NCBI GenBank assembly: GCA_964016885.1
Contig: OZ024758.1
Coordinates: 34,844,001 to 34,908,000 of the forward strand
Origin: Eledone cirrhosa
Lineage: Eukaryota
Direction of reading: 5' to 3'
DNA length: 64,000 nt
The notes under the pieces are model-generated. The model saw nothing but the letters and a program-made list of their open reading frames with translations. It searched no databases and was not told where the DNA came from. Positions 15,261 through 27,810 of the stretch are shown in pieces. The position numbers were made by a program, and so were the translations under genes. Each line of letters starts with the position of its first letter. The stretch's first letter is position 1.

Positions 15261-18200
15261 CATGGTATTAGCTGTCAGAAGTCACTCCAATGTTGGTGAG
15301 AATTCATTTAAGTTCATGGTATTAGCTGTCAGAAGTAACTCCACTGTTGGTGAGAATTCATTTAAGTTCATGGTATTAGTTTGTCAGAAGTAACTCCACT
15401 GTTGGTGAGAATTCATTTAAGTCATGGTATTAGTTGTCAGAAGTAACTGCAATGTTGGTGAGAATTCATTTAAGTTCATGGTACTAGCTGTCAGAAGTAA
15501 CTCCACTGTTGGTGAGAATTCATTTAAGTTCATGGTAATAGCTGTCAGAAGTAACTCCACTGTTGGTGAGAATTCATTTAAGTCATGTTATTAGCTGTCA
15601 GAAGTAACTCCAATGTTGGTGAGAATTCATTTAAGTCATGGTACTAGCTGTCAGAAGTAACTCCAATGTTGGTGAGAATTCATTTAAGTTCATGGTATTA
15701 GCTGTCAGAAGTAACTCCACTGTTGGTGAGAATTCATTTAAGTTCATGGTATTAGCTGTCAGAAGTAACTCCACTGTTGGTGAGAATTCATTTAAGTCAT
15801 GGTATTAGCTGTCAGAAGTAACTCCACTGTTGGTGAGAATTCATTTAAGTTCATGGTATTAGCTGTCAGAAGGAACGCCACTGTTGGTGAGAATTCATTT
15901 AAGTTCATGGTATTAGCTGTCAGAAGTAACTCCACTGTTGGTGAGAATTCATTTAAGTTCATGGTATTAGCTGTCAGAAGTAACTCCACTGTTGGTGAGA
16001 ATTCATTTAAGTTCATAGTACTAGTTGTCAGAAGTAACTCCACTGTTGGTGAGAATTCATTTAAGTTCATGGTATTAGCTGTCAGAAGTCACTCCAATGT
16101 TGGTGAGAATTCATTTAAGTTCATGGTATTAGCTGTCAGAAGTCACTCCACTGTTGGTGAGAATTCATTTAAGTTCATGGTACTAGCTGTCAGAAGTAAC
16201 CCCAATGTTGGTGAGAATTCATTTAAGTTCATGGTATTAGCTGTCAGAAGTCACTCCAATGTTGGTGAGAATTCATTTAAGTTCATGGTATTAGCTGTCA
16301 GAAGTAACTCCACTGTTGGTGAGAATTCATTTAAGTTCATGGTATTAGCTGTCAGAAGGAACACCACTGTTGGTGAGAATTCATTTAAGTTCATGGTACT
16401 AGCTGTCAGAAGTAACTCCACTGTTGGTGAGAATTCATTTAAGTTCATGGTATTAGTTTGTCAGAAGTAACTCCACTGTTGGTGAGAATTCATTTAAGTT
16501 CATGGTATTAGCTGTCAGAAGTAACTCCACTGTTGGTGAGAATTCATTTAAGTTCATGGTACTAGCTGTCAGAAGTAACTCCACTGTTGGTGAGAATTCA
16601 TTTAAGTTCATGGTATTAGTTTGTCAGAAGTAACTCCACTGTTGGTGAGAATTCATTTAAGTTCATGGTATTAGCTGTCAGAAGGAACTCCACTGTTGGT
16701 GAGAATTCATTTAAGTTCATGGTATTAGCTGTCAGAAGGAACTCCAATGTTGGTGAGAATTCATTTAAGTCATGGTACTAGCTGTCAGAAGTAACTCCAC
16801 TGTTGGTGAGAATTCATTTAAGTTCATGGTATTAGCTGTCAGAAGTCACTCCAATGTTGGTGAGAATTCATTTAAGTTCATGGTATTAGCTGTCAGAAGT
16901 AACTCCACTGTTGGTGAGAATTCATTTAAGTTCATGGTATTAGTTTGTCAGAAGTAACTCCACTGTTGGTGAGAATTCATTTAAGTCATGGTATTAGTTG
17001 TCAGAAGTAACTGCAATGTTGGTGAGAATTCATTTAAGTTCATGGTACTAGCTGTCAGAAGTAACTCCACTGTTGGTGAGAATTCATTTAAGTTCATGGT
17101 AATAGCTGTCAGAAGTAACTCCACTGTTGGTGAGAATTCATTTAAGTCATGTTATTAGCTGTCAGAAGTAACTCCAATGTTGGTGAGAATTCATTTAAGT
17201 CATGGTACTAGCTGTCAGAAGTAACTCCAATGTTGGTGAGAATTCATTTAAGTTCATGGTATTAGCTGTCAGAAGTAACTCCACTGTTGGTGAGAATTCA
17301 TTTAAGTTCATGGTATTAGCTGTCAGAAGTAACTCCACTGTTGGTGAGAATTCATTTAAGTCATGGTATTAGCTGTCAGAAGTAACTCCACTGTTGGTGA
17401 GAATTCATTTAAGTTCATGGTATTAGCTGTCAGAAGGAACGCCACTGTTGGTGAGAATTCATTTAAGTTCATGGTATTAGCTGTCAGAAGTAACTCCACT
17501 GTTGGTGAGAATTCATTTAAGTTCATGGTATTAGCTGTCAGAAGTAACTCCACTGTTGGTGAGAATTCATTTAAGTTCATAGTACTAGTTGTCAGAAGTA
17601 ACTCCACTGTTGGTGAGAATTCATTTAAGTTCATGGTATTAGCTGTCAGAAGTCACTCCAATGTTGGTGAGAATTCATTTAAGTTCATGGTATTAGCTGT
17701 CAGAAGTCACTCCACTGTTGGTGAGAATTCATTTAAGTTCATGGTACTAGCTGTCAGAAGTAACCCCAATGTTGGTGAGAATTCATTTAAGTTCATGGTA
17801 TTAGCTGTCAGAAGTCACTCCAATGTTGGTGAGAATTCATTTAAGTTCATGGTATTAGCTGTCAGAAGTAACTCCACTGTTGGTGAGAATTCATTTAAGT
17901 TCATGGTATTAGCTGTCAGAAGGAACACCACTGTTGGTGAGAATTCATTTAAGTTCATGGTACTAGCTGTCAGAAGTAACTCCACTGTTGGTGAGAATTC
18001 ATTTAAGTTCATGGTATTAGTTTGTCAGAAGTAACTCCACTGTTGGTGAGAATTCATTTAAGTTCATGGTATTAGCTGTCAGAAGTAACTCCACTGTTGG
18101 TGAGAATTCATTTAAGTTCATGGTACTAGCTGTCAGAAGTAACTCCACTGTTGGTGAGAATTCATTTAAGTTCATGGTATTAGTTTGTCAGAAGTAACTC

Positions 18201-18390
18201 CACTGTTGGTGAGAATTCATTTAAGTTCATGGTATTAGCTGTCAGAAGGAACTCCACTGTTGGTGAGAATTCATTTAAGTTCATGGTATTAGCTGTCAGA
18301 AGGAACTCCAATGTTGGTGAGAATTCATTTAAGTCATGGTACTAGCTGTCAGAAGTAACTCCACTGTTGGTGAGAATTCATTTAAGTTCA
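15260..18390. repeat. Tandem block duplication, period 1564 bp (~29 monomers)
   Basis: Identical 223-aa repeat ORFs at 15799 and 17363. Shared rare variants CTGCAATG, CATAGTACTAGTT (16017/17581) and GGAACACC. Confidence 0.85.
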
Positions 18391-21300
18391 TGGTATTAGC
18401 TGTCAGAAGGAACTCCACTGTTGGTGAGAATTCATTTAAGTTCATGGTATTAGCTGTCAGAAGGAACGCCACTGTTGGTGAGAATTCATTTAAGTTCATG
18501 GTATTAGCTGTCAGAAGTAACTCCACTGTTGGTGAGAATTCATTTAAGTTCATGGTACTAGCTGTCAGAAGTAACTCCAATGTTGGTGAGAATTCATTTA
18601 AGTTCATGGTATTAGCTGTCAGAAGTAACTCCACTGTTGGTGAGAATTCATTTAAGTCATGGTATTAGCTGTCAGAAGTAACTCCACTGTTGGTGAGAAT
18701 TCATTTAAGTTCATGGTATTAGCTGTCAGAAGGAACTCCACTGTTGGTGAGAATTCATTTAAGTTCATGGTACTAGCTGTCAGAAGTAACTCCAATGTTG
18801 GTGAGAATTCATTTAAGTTCATGGTATTAGCTGCCAGAAGTAACTCCACTGTTGGTGAGTATTCATTTAAGTCATGGTATTAGCTGTCAGAAGTAACTCC
18901 ACTGTTGGTGAGAATTCATTTAAGTTCATGGTATTAGCTGTCAGAAGTAACTCCACTGTTGGTGAGAATTCATTTAAGTTCATGGTATTAGCTGTCAGAA
19001 GTAACTCCACTGTTGGTGAGAATTCATTTACGTTCATGGTATTAGTTTGTCAGAAGTAACTCCACTGTTGGTGAGAATTCATTTAAGTCATGGTATTAGT
19101 TGTCAGAAGTAACTCCAATGTTGGTGAGAATTCATTTAAGTTCATGGTAATAGCTGTCAGAAGTAACTCCACTGTTGGTGAGAATTCATTTAAGTCATGG
19201 TATTAGCTGTCAGAAGTAACTCCAATGTTGGTGAGAATTCATTTAAGTCACGGTACTAGCTGTCAGAAGTCACTCCACTGTTGGTGAGAATTCATTTAAG
19301 TTCATGGTACTAGCTGTCAGAAGTAACCCCAATGTTGGTGAGAATTCATTTAAGTTCATGGTATTAGCTGTCAGAAGTCACTCCAATGTTGGTGAGAATT
19401 CATTTAAGTTCATGGTATTAGTTTGTCAGAAGTAACTCCACTGTTGGTGAGAATTCATTTAAGTTCATGGTATTAGCTGTCAGAAGTAACTCCACTGTTG
19501 GTGAGAATTCATTTAAGTTCATGGTACTAGCTGTCAGAAGTAACTCCACTGTTGGTGAGAATTCATTTAAGTTCATGGTATTAGTTTGTCAGAAGTAACT
19601 CCACTGTTGGTGAGAATTCATTTAAGTCATGGTATTAGTTGTCAGAAGTAACTCCAATGTTGGTGAGAATTCATTTAAGTTCATGGTATTAGCTGTCAGA
19701 AGGAACTCCACTGTTGGTGAGAATTCATTTAAGTTCATGGTATTAGCTGTCAGAAGTAACTCCACTGTTGGTGAGAATTCATTTAAGTCATGGTATTAGC
19801 TGTCAGAAGGAACTCCAATGTTGGTGAGAATTCATTTAAGTCATGGTACTAGCTGTCAGAAGTAACTCCACTGTTGGTGAGAATTCATTTAAGTTCATGG
19901 TATTAGCTGTCAGAAGGAACTCCACTGTTGGTGAGAATTCATTTAAGTTCATGGTATTAGCTGTCAGAAGGAACGCCACTGTTGGTGAGAATTCATTTAA
20001 GTTCATGGTATTAGCTGTCAGAAGTAACTCCACTGTTGGTGAGAATTCATTTAAGTTCATGGTACTAGCTGTCAGAAGTAACTCCAATGTTGGTGAGAAT
20101 TCATTTAAGTTCATGGTATTAGCTGTCGGAAGTAACTCCACTGTTGGTGAGAATTCATTTAAGTCATGGTATTAGCTGTCAGAAGTAACTCCACTGTTGG
20201 TGATAATTCATTTAAGTTCATGGTATTAGCTGTCAGAAGGAACTCCACTGTTGGTGAGAATTCATTTAAGTTCATGGTATTAGCTGTCAGAAGTAACTCC
20301 ACTGTTGGTGAGAATTCATTTACGTTCATGGTATTAGTTTGTCAGAAGTAACTCCACTGTTGGTGAGAATTCATTTAAGTCATGGTATTAGTTGTCAGAA
20401 GTAACTCCAATGTTGGTGAGAATTCATTTAAGTTCATGGTAATAGCTGTCAGAAGTAACTCCACTGTTGGTGAGAATTCATTTAAGTCATGGTATTAGCT
20501 GTCAGAAGTAACTCCAATGTTGGTGAGAATTCATTTAAGTCATGGTACTAGCTGTCAGAAGTCACTCCACTGTTGGTGAGAATTCATTTAAGTTCATGGT
20601 ACTAGCTGTCAGAAGTAAACCCAATGTTGGTGAGAATTCATTTAAGTTCATGGTATTAGCTGTCAGAAGTCACTCCAATGTTGGTGAGAATTCATTTAAG
20701 TTCATGGTATTAGCTGTCAGAAGTAACTCCACTGTTGGTAAGAATTCATTTAAGTTCATGGTATTAGCTGTCAGAAGTAACTCCACTGTTGGTGAGAATT
20801 CATTTAAGTTCATGGTATTAGCTGTCAGAAGGAACGCCACTGTTGGTGAGAATTCATTTAAGTTCATGGTATTAGCTGTCAGAAGTAACTCCACTGTTGG
20901 TGAGAATTCATTTAAGTTCATGGTACTAGCTGTCAGAAGTAACTCCAATGTTGGTGAGAATTCATTTAAGTTCATGGTATTAGCTATCAGAAGGAACTCC
21001 ACTGTTGCTGAGAATTCATTTAAGTTCATGGTATTAGCTGTCAGAAGTAACTCCACTGTTGGTGAGAATTCATTTAAGTTCATGGTACTAGCTGTCAGAA
21101 GGAACTCCACTGTTGGTGAGAATTCATTTAAGTTCATGGTACTAGCTGTCAGAAGTAACTCCAATGTTGGTGAGAATTCATTTAAGTTCATGGTATTAGC
21201 TGCCAGAAGTAACTCCACTGTTGGTGAGTATTCATTTAAGTCATGGTATTAGCTGTCAGAAGTAACTCCACTGTTGGTGAGAATTCATTTAAGTTCATGG

Positions 21301-21458
21301 TATTAGCTGTCAGAAGTAACTCCACTGTTGGTGAGAATTCATTTAAGTTCATGGTATTAGCTGTCAGAAGTAACTCCACTGTTGGTGAGAATTCATTTAC
21401 GTTCATGGTATTAGTTTGTCAGAAGTAACTCCACTGTTGGTGAGAATTCATTTAAGTC

Positions 21459-24400
21459 ATGGTATTAGTTGTCAGAAGTAACTCCAATGTTGGTGAGATT
21501 TCATTTAAGTTCATGGTAATAGCTGTCAGAAGTAACTCCACTGTTGGTGAGAATTCATTTAAGTCATGGTATTAGCTGTCAGAAGTAACTCCAATGTTGG
21601 TGAGAATTCATTTAAGTCATGGTACTAGCTGTCAGAAGTCACTCCACTGTTGGTGAGAATTCATTTAAGTTCATGGTACTAGCTGTCAGAAGTAACCCCA
21701 ATGTTGGTGAGAATTCATTTAAGTTCATGGTATTAGCTGTCAGAAGTCACTCCAATGTTGGTGAGAATTCATTTAGTTCATGGTATTAGCTGTCAGAAGT
21801 AACTCCACTGTTGGTAAGAATTCATTTAAGTTCATGGTATTAGCTGTCAGAAGTAACTCCACTGTTGGTGAGAATTCATTTAAGTTCATGGTATTAGCTG
21901 TCAGAAGGAACGCCACTGTTGGTGAGAATTCATTTAAGTTCATGGTATTAGCTGTCAGAAGTAACTCCACTGTTGGTGAGAATTCATTTAAGTTCATGGT
22001 ACTAGCTGTCAGAAGTAACTCCAATGTTGGTGAGAATTCATTTAAGTTCATGGTATTAGCTATCAGAAGGAACTCCACTGTTGCTGAGAATTCATTTAAG
22101 TTCATGGTATTAGCTGTCAGAAGTAACTCCACTGTTGGTGAGAATTCATTTAAGTTCATGGTACTAGCTGTCAGAAGTAACTCCACTGTTGGTGAGAATT
22201 CATTTAAGTTCATGGTATTAGCTGTCAGAAGTCACTCCAATGTTGGTGAGAATTCATTTAAGTTCATGGTATTAGCTGTCAGAAGTCACTCCACTGTTGG
22301 TGAGAATTCATTTAAGTTCATGGTACAAGCTGTCAGAAGTAACCCCAATGTTGGTGAGAATTCATTTTAGTCATGGTATTAGCTGTCAGAAGTAACTCCA
22401 CTGTTGGTGAGAATTCATTTAAGTTCATGGTATTAGCTGTCAGAAGTAACTCCACTGTTGGTGAGAATTCATTTAAGTTCATGGTATTAGCTGTCAGAAG
22501 TAACTCCACTGTTGGTGAGAATTCATTTAAGTTCATGGTATTAGTTTGTCAGAAGTAACTCCACTGTTGGTGAGAATTCATTTAAGTCATGGTATTAGTT
22601 GTCAGAAGTAACTCCAATGTTGGTGAGAATTCATTTAAGTTCATGGTACTAGCTGTCAGAAGTAACTCCACTGTTGGTGAGAATTCATTTAAGTTCATGG
22701 TAATAGCTGTCAGAAGTAACTCCACTGTTGGTGAGAATTCATTTAAGTCATGTTATTAGCTGTCAGAAGTAACTCCAATGTTGGTGAGAATTCATTTAAG
22801 TCATGGTACTAGCTGTCAGAAGTAACTCCAATGTTGGTGAGAATTCATTTAAGTTCATGGTATTAGCTGTCAGAAGTCACTCCACTGTTGGTGAGAATTC
22901 ATTTAAGTTCATGGTATTAGCTGTCAGAAGTAACTCCACTGTTGGTGAGAATTCATTTAAGTCATGGTATTAGCTGTCAGAAGTAACTCCACTGTTGGTG
23001 AGAATTCATTTAAGTTCATGGTATTAGCTGTCAGAAGGAACGCCACTGTTGGTGAGAATTCATTTAAGTTCATGGTATTAGCTGTCAGAAGTAACTCCAC
23101 TGTTGGTGAGAATTCATTTAAGTTAATGGTATTAGCTGTCAGAAGTAACTCTACTGTTGGTGAGAATTCATTTAAGTTCATGGTACTAGCTGTCAGAAGT
23201 AACTCCACTGTTGGTGAGAATTCATTTAAGTTCATGGTATTAGCTGTCAGAAGTCACTCCAATGTTGGTGAGAATTCATTTAAGTTCATGGTATTAGCTG
23301 TCAGAAGTCACTCCACTGTTGGTGAGAATTCATTTAAGTTCATGGTACTAGCTGTCAGAAGTAACCCCAATGTTGGTGAGAATTCATTTAAGTTCATGGT
23401 ATTAGCTGTCAGAAGTCACTCCAATGTTGGTGAGAATTCATTTAAGTTCATGGTATTAGCTGTCAGAAGTAACTCCACTGTTGGTGAGAATTCATTTAAG
23501 TTCATGGTATTAGCTGTCAGAAGGAACTCCACTGTTGGTGAGAATTCATTTAAGTTCATGGTACTAGCTGTCAGAAGTAACTCCACTGTTGGTGAGAATT
23601 CATTTAAGTTCATGGTATTAGTTTGTCAGAAGTAACTCCACTGTTGGTGAGAATTCATTTAAGTTCATGGTATTAGCTGTCAGAAGTAACTCCACTGTTG
23701 GTGAGAATTCATTTAAGTTCATGGTACTAGCTGTCAGAAGTAACTCCACTGTTGGTGAGAATTCATTTAAGTTCATGGTATTAGTTTGTCAGAAGTAACT
23801 CCACTGTTGGTGAGAATTCATTTAAGTCATGGTATTAGTTGTCAGAAGTAACTCCAATGTTGGTGAGAATTCATTTAAGTTCATGGTATTAGCTGTCAGA
23901 AGGAACTCCACTGTTGGTGAGAATTCATTTAAGTTCATGGTATTAGCTGTCAGAAGGAACTCCAATGTTGGTGAGAATTCATTTAAGTCATGGTACTAGC
24001 TGTCAGAAGTAACTCCACTGTTGGTGAGAATTCATTTAAGTTCATGGTATTAGCTGTCAGAAGGAACTCCACTGTTGGTGAGAATTCATTTAAGTTCATG
24101 GTATTAGCTGTCAGAAGGAACGCCACTGTTGGTGAGAATTCATTTAAGTTCATGGTATTAGCTGTCAGAAGTAACTCCACTGTTGGTGAGAATTCATTTA
24201 AGTTCATGGTACTAGCTGTCAGAAGTAACTCCAATGTTGGTGAGAATTCATTTAAGTTCATGGTATTAGCTGTCAGAAGGAACTCCACTGTTGGTGAGAA
24301 TTCATTTAAGTTCATGGTATTAGCTGTCAGAAGTAACTCCACTGTTTGTGAGAATTCATTTAAGTCATGGTATTAGCTGTCAGAAGTAACTCCATTGTTG

Positions 24401-27400
24401 GTGAGAATTCATTTAAGTCATGGTATTAGCTGTCAGAAGTCACTCCAATGTTGGTGAGAATTCATTTAAGTTCATGGTATTAGCTGTCAGAAGTCACTCC
24501 ACTGTTGGTGAGAATTCATTTAAGTTCATGGTACTAGCTGTCAGAAGTAACCCCAATGTTGGTGAGAATTCATTTAAGTTCATGGTATTAGCTGTCAGAA
24601 GTCACTCCAATGTTGGTGAGAATTCATTTAAGTCATGGTATTAGTTGTCAGAAGTAACTCCAATGTTGGTGAGATTTCATTTAAGTTCATGGTAATAGCT
24701 GTCAGAAGTAACTCCACTGTTGGTGAGAATTCATTTAAGTCATGGTATTAGCTGTCAGAAGTAACTCCAATGTTGGTGAGAATTCATTTAAGTCATGGTA
24801 CTAGCTGTCAGAAGTCACTCCACTGTTGGTGAGAATTCATTTAAGTTCATGGTACTAGCTGTCAGAAGTAACCCCAATGTTGGTGAGAATTCATTTAAGT
24901 TCATGGTATTAGCTGTCAGAAGTCACTCCAATGTTGGTGAGAATTCATTTAGTTCATGGTATTAGCTGTCAGAAGTAACTCCACTGTTGGTAAGAATTCA
25001 TTTAAGTTCATGGTATTAGCTGTCAGAAGTAACTCCACTGTTGGTGAGAATTCATTTAAGTTCATGGTATTAGCTGTCAGAAGGAACGCCACTGTTGGTG
25101 AGAATTCATTTAAGTTCATGGTATTAGCTGTCAGAAGTAACTCCACTGTTGGTGAGAATTCATTTAAGTTCATGGTACTAGCTGTCAGAAGTAACTCCAA
25201 TGTTGGTGAGAATTCATTTAAGTTCATGGTATTAGCTATCAGAAGGAACTCCACTGTTGCTGAGAATTCATTTAAGTTCATGGTATTAGCTGTCAGAAGT
25301 AACTCCACTGTTGGTGAGAATTCATTTAAGTTCATGGTACTAGCTGTCAGAAGTAACTCCACTGTTGGTGAGAATTCATTTAAGTTCATGGTATTAGCTG
25401 TCAGAAGTCACTCCAATGTTGGTGAGAATTCATTTAAGTTCATGGTATTAGCTGTCAGAAGTCACTCCACTGTTGGTGAGAATTCATTTAAGTTCATGGT
25501 ACAAGCTGTCAGAAGTAACCCCAATGTTGGTGAGAATTCATTTTAGTCATGGTATTAGCTGTCAGAAGTAACTCCACTGTTGGTGAGAATTCATTTAAGT
25601 TCATGGTATTAGCTGTCAGAAGTAACTCCACTGTTGGTGAGAATTCATTTAAGTTCATGGTATTAGCTGTCAGAAGTAACTCCACTGTTGGTGAGAATTC
25701 ATTTAAGTTCATGGTATTAGTTTGTCAGAAGTAACTCCACTGTTGGTGAGAATTCATTTAAGTCATGGTATTAGTTGTCAGAAGTAACTCCAATGTTGGT
25801 GAGAATTCATTTAAGTTCATGGTACTAGCTGTCAGAAGTAACTCCACTGTTGGTGAGAATTCATTTAAGTTCATGGTAATAGCTGTCAGAAGTAACTCCA
25901 CTGTTGGTGAGAATTCATTTAAGTCATGTTATTAGCTGTCAGAAGTAACTCCAATGTTGGTGAGAATTCATTTAAGTCATGGTACTAGCTGTCAGAAGTA
26001 ACTCCAATGTTGGTGAGAATTCATTTAAGTTCATGGTATTAGCTGTCAGAAGTCACTCCACTGTTGGTGAGAATTCATTTAAGTTCATGGTATTAGCTGT
26101 CAGAAGTAACTCCACTGTTGGTGAGAATTCATTTAAGTCATGGTATTAGCTGTCAGAAGTAACTCCACTGTTGGTGAGAATTCATTTAAGTTCATGGTAT
26201 TAGCTGTCAGAAGGAACGCCACTGTTGGTGAGAATTCATTTAAGTTCATGGTATTAGCTGTCAGAAGTAACTCCACTGTTGGTGAGAATTCATTTAAGTT
26301 AATGGTATTAGCTGTCAGAAGTAACTCTACTGTTGGTGAGAATTCATTTAAGTTCATGGTACTAGCTGTCAGAAGTAACTCCACTGTTGGTGAGAATTCA
26401 TTTAAGTTCATGGTATTAGCTGTCAGAAGTCACTCCAATGTTGGTGAGAATTCATTTAAGTTCATGGTATTAGCTGTCAGAAGTCACTCCACTGTTGGTG
26501 AGAATTCATTTAAGTTCATGGTACTAGCTGTCAGAAGTAACCCCAATGTTGGTGAGAATTCATTTAAGTTCATGGTATTAGCTGTCAGAAGTCACTCCAA
26601 TGTTGGTGAGAATTCATTTAAGTTCATGGTATTAGCTGTCAGAAGTAACTCCACTGTTGGTGAGAATTCATTTAAGTTCATGGTATTAGCTGTCAGAAGG
26701 AACTCCACTGTTGGTGAGAATTCATTTAAGTTCATGGTACTAGCTGTCAGAAGTAACTCCACTGTTGGTGAGAATTCATTTAAGTTCATGGTATTAGTTT
26801 GTCAGAAGTAACTCCACTGTTGGTGAGAATTCATTTAAGTTCATGGTATTAGCTGTCAGAAGTAACTCCACTGTTGGTGAGAATTCATTTAAGTTCATGG
26901 TACTAGCTGTCAGAAGTAACTCCACTGTTGGTGAGAATTCATTTAAGTTCATGGTATTAGTTTGTCAGAAGTAACTCCACTGTTGGTGAGAATTCATTTA
27001 AGTCATGGTATTAGTTGTCAGAAGTAACTCCAATGTTGGTGAGAATTCATTTAAGTTCATGGTATTAGCTGTCAGAAGGAACTCCACTGTTGGTGAGAAT
27101 TCATTTAAGTTCATGGTATTAGCTGTCAGAAGGAACTCCAATGTTGGTGAGAATTCATTTAAGTCATGGTACTAGCTGTCAGAAGTAACTCCACTGTTGG
27201 TGAGAATTCATTTAAGTTCATGGTATTAGCTGTCAGAAGGAACTCCACTGTTGGTGAGAATTCATTTAAGTTCATGGTATTAGCTGTCAGAAGGAACGCC
27301 ACTGTTGGTGAGAATTCATTTAAGTTCATGGTATTAGCTGTCAGAAGTAACTCCACTGTTGGTGAGAATTCATTTAAGTTCATGGTACTAGCTGTCAGAA

Positions 27401-27810
27401 GTAACTCCAATGTTGGTGAGAATTCATTTAAGTTCATGGTATTAGCTGTCAGAAGGAACTCCACTGTTGGTGAGAATTCATTTAAGTTCATGGTATTAGC
27501 TGTCAGAAGTAACTCCACTGTTTGTGAGAATTCATTTAAGTCATGGTATTAGCTGTCAGAAGTAACTCCATTGTTGGTGAGAATTCATTTAAGTCATGGT
27601 ATTAGCTGTCAGAAGTCACTCCAATGTTGGTGAGAATTCATTTAAGTTCATGGTATTAGCTGTCAGAAGTCACTCCACTGTTGGTGAGAATTCATTTAAG
27701 TTCATGGTACTAGCTGTCAGAAGTAACCCCAATGTTGGTGAGAATTCATTTAAGTTCATGGTATTAGCTGTCAGAAGTCACTCCAATGTTGGTGAGAATT
27801 CATTTAAGTT
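21459..27810. repeat. Tandem block duplication, period 3176 bp (~59 monomers), two copies: 21459-24634 and 24635-27810
   Basis: GAGATTTC occurs at 21495 and 24671. ORF starts 21780/24956, 22373/25549, 22964/26140, 23990/27166 and 24420/27596 are all offset by 3176. Shared rare variants include the ATTTAGTTC deletion, TACAAG, AGTTAATGG and TTTGTGAG. Confidence 0.92.
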
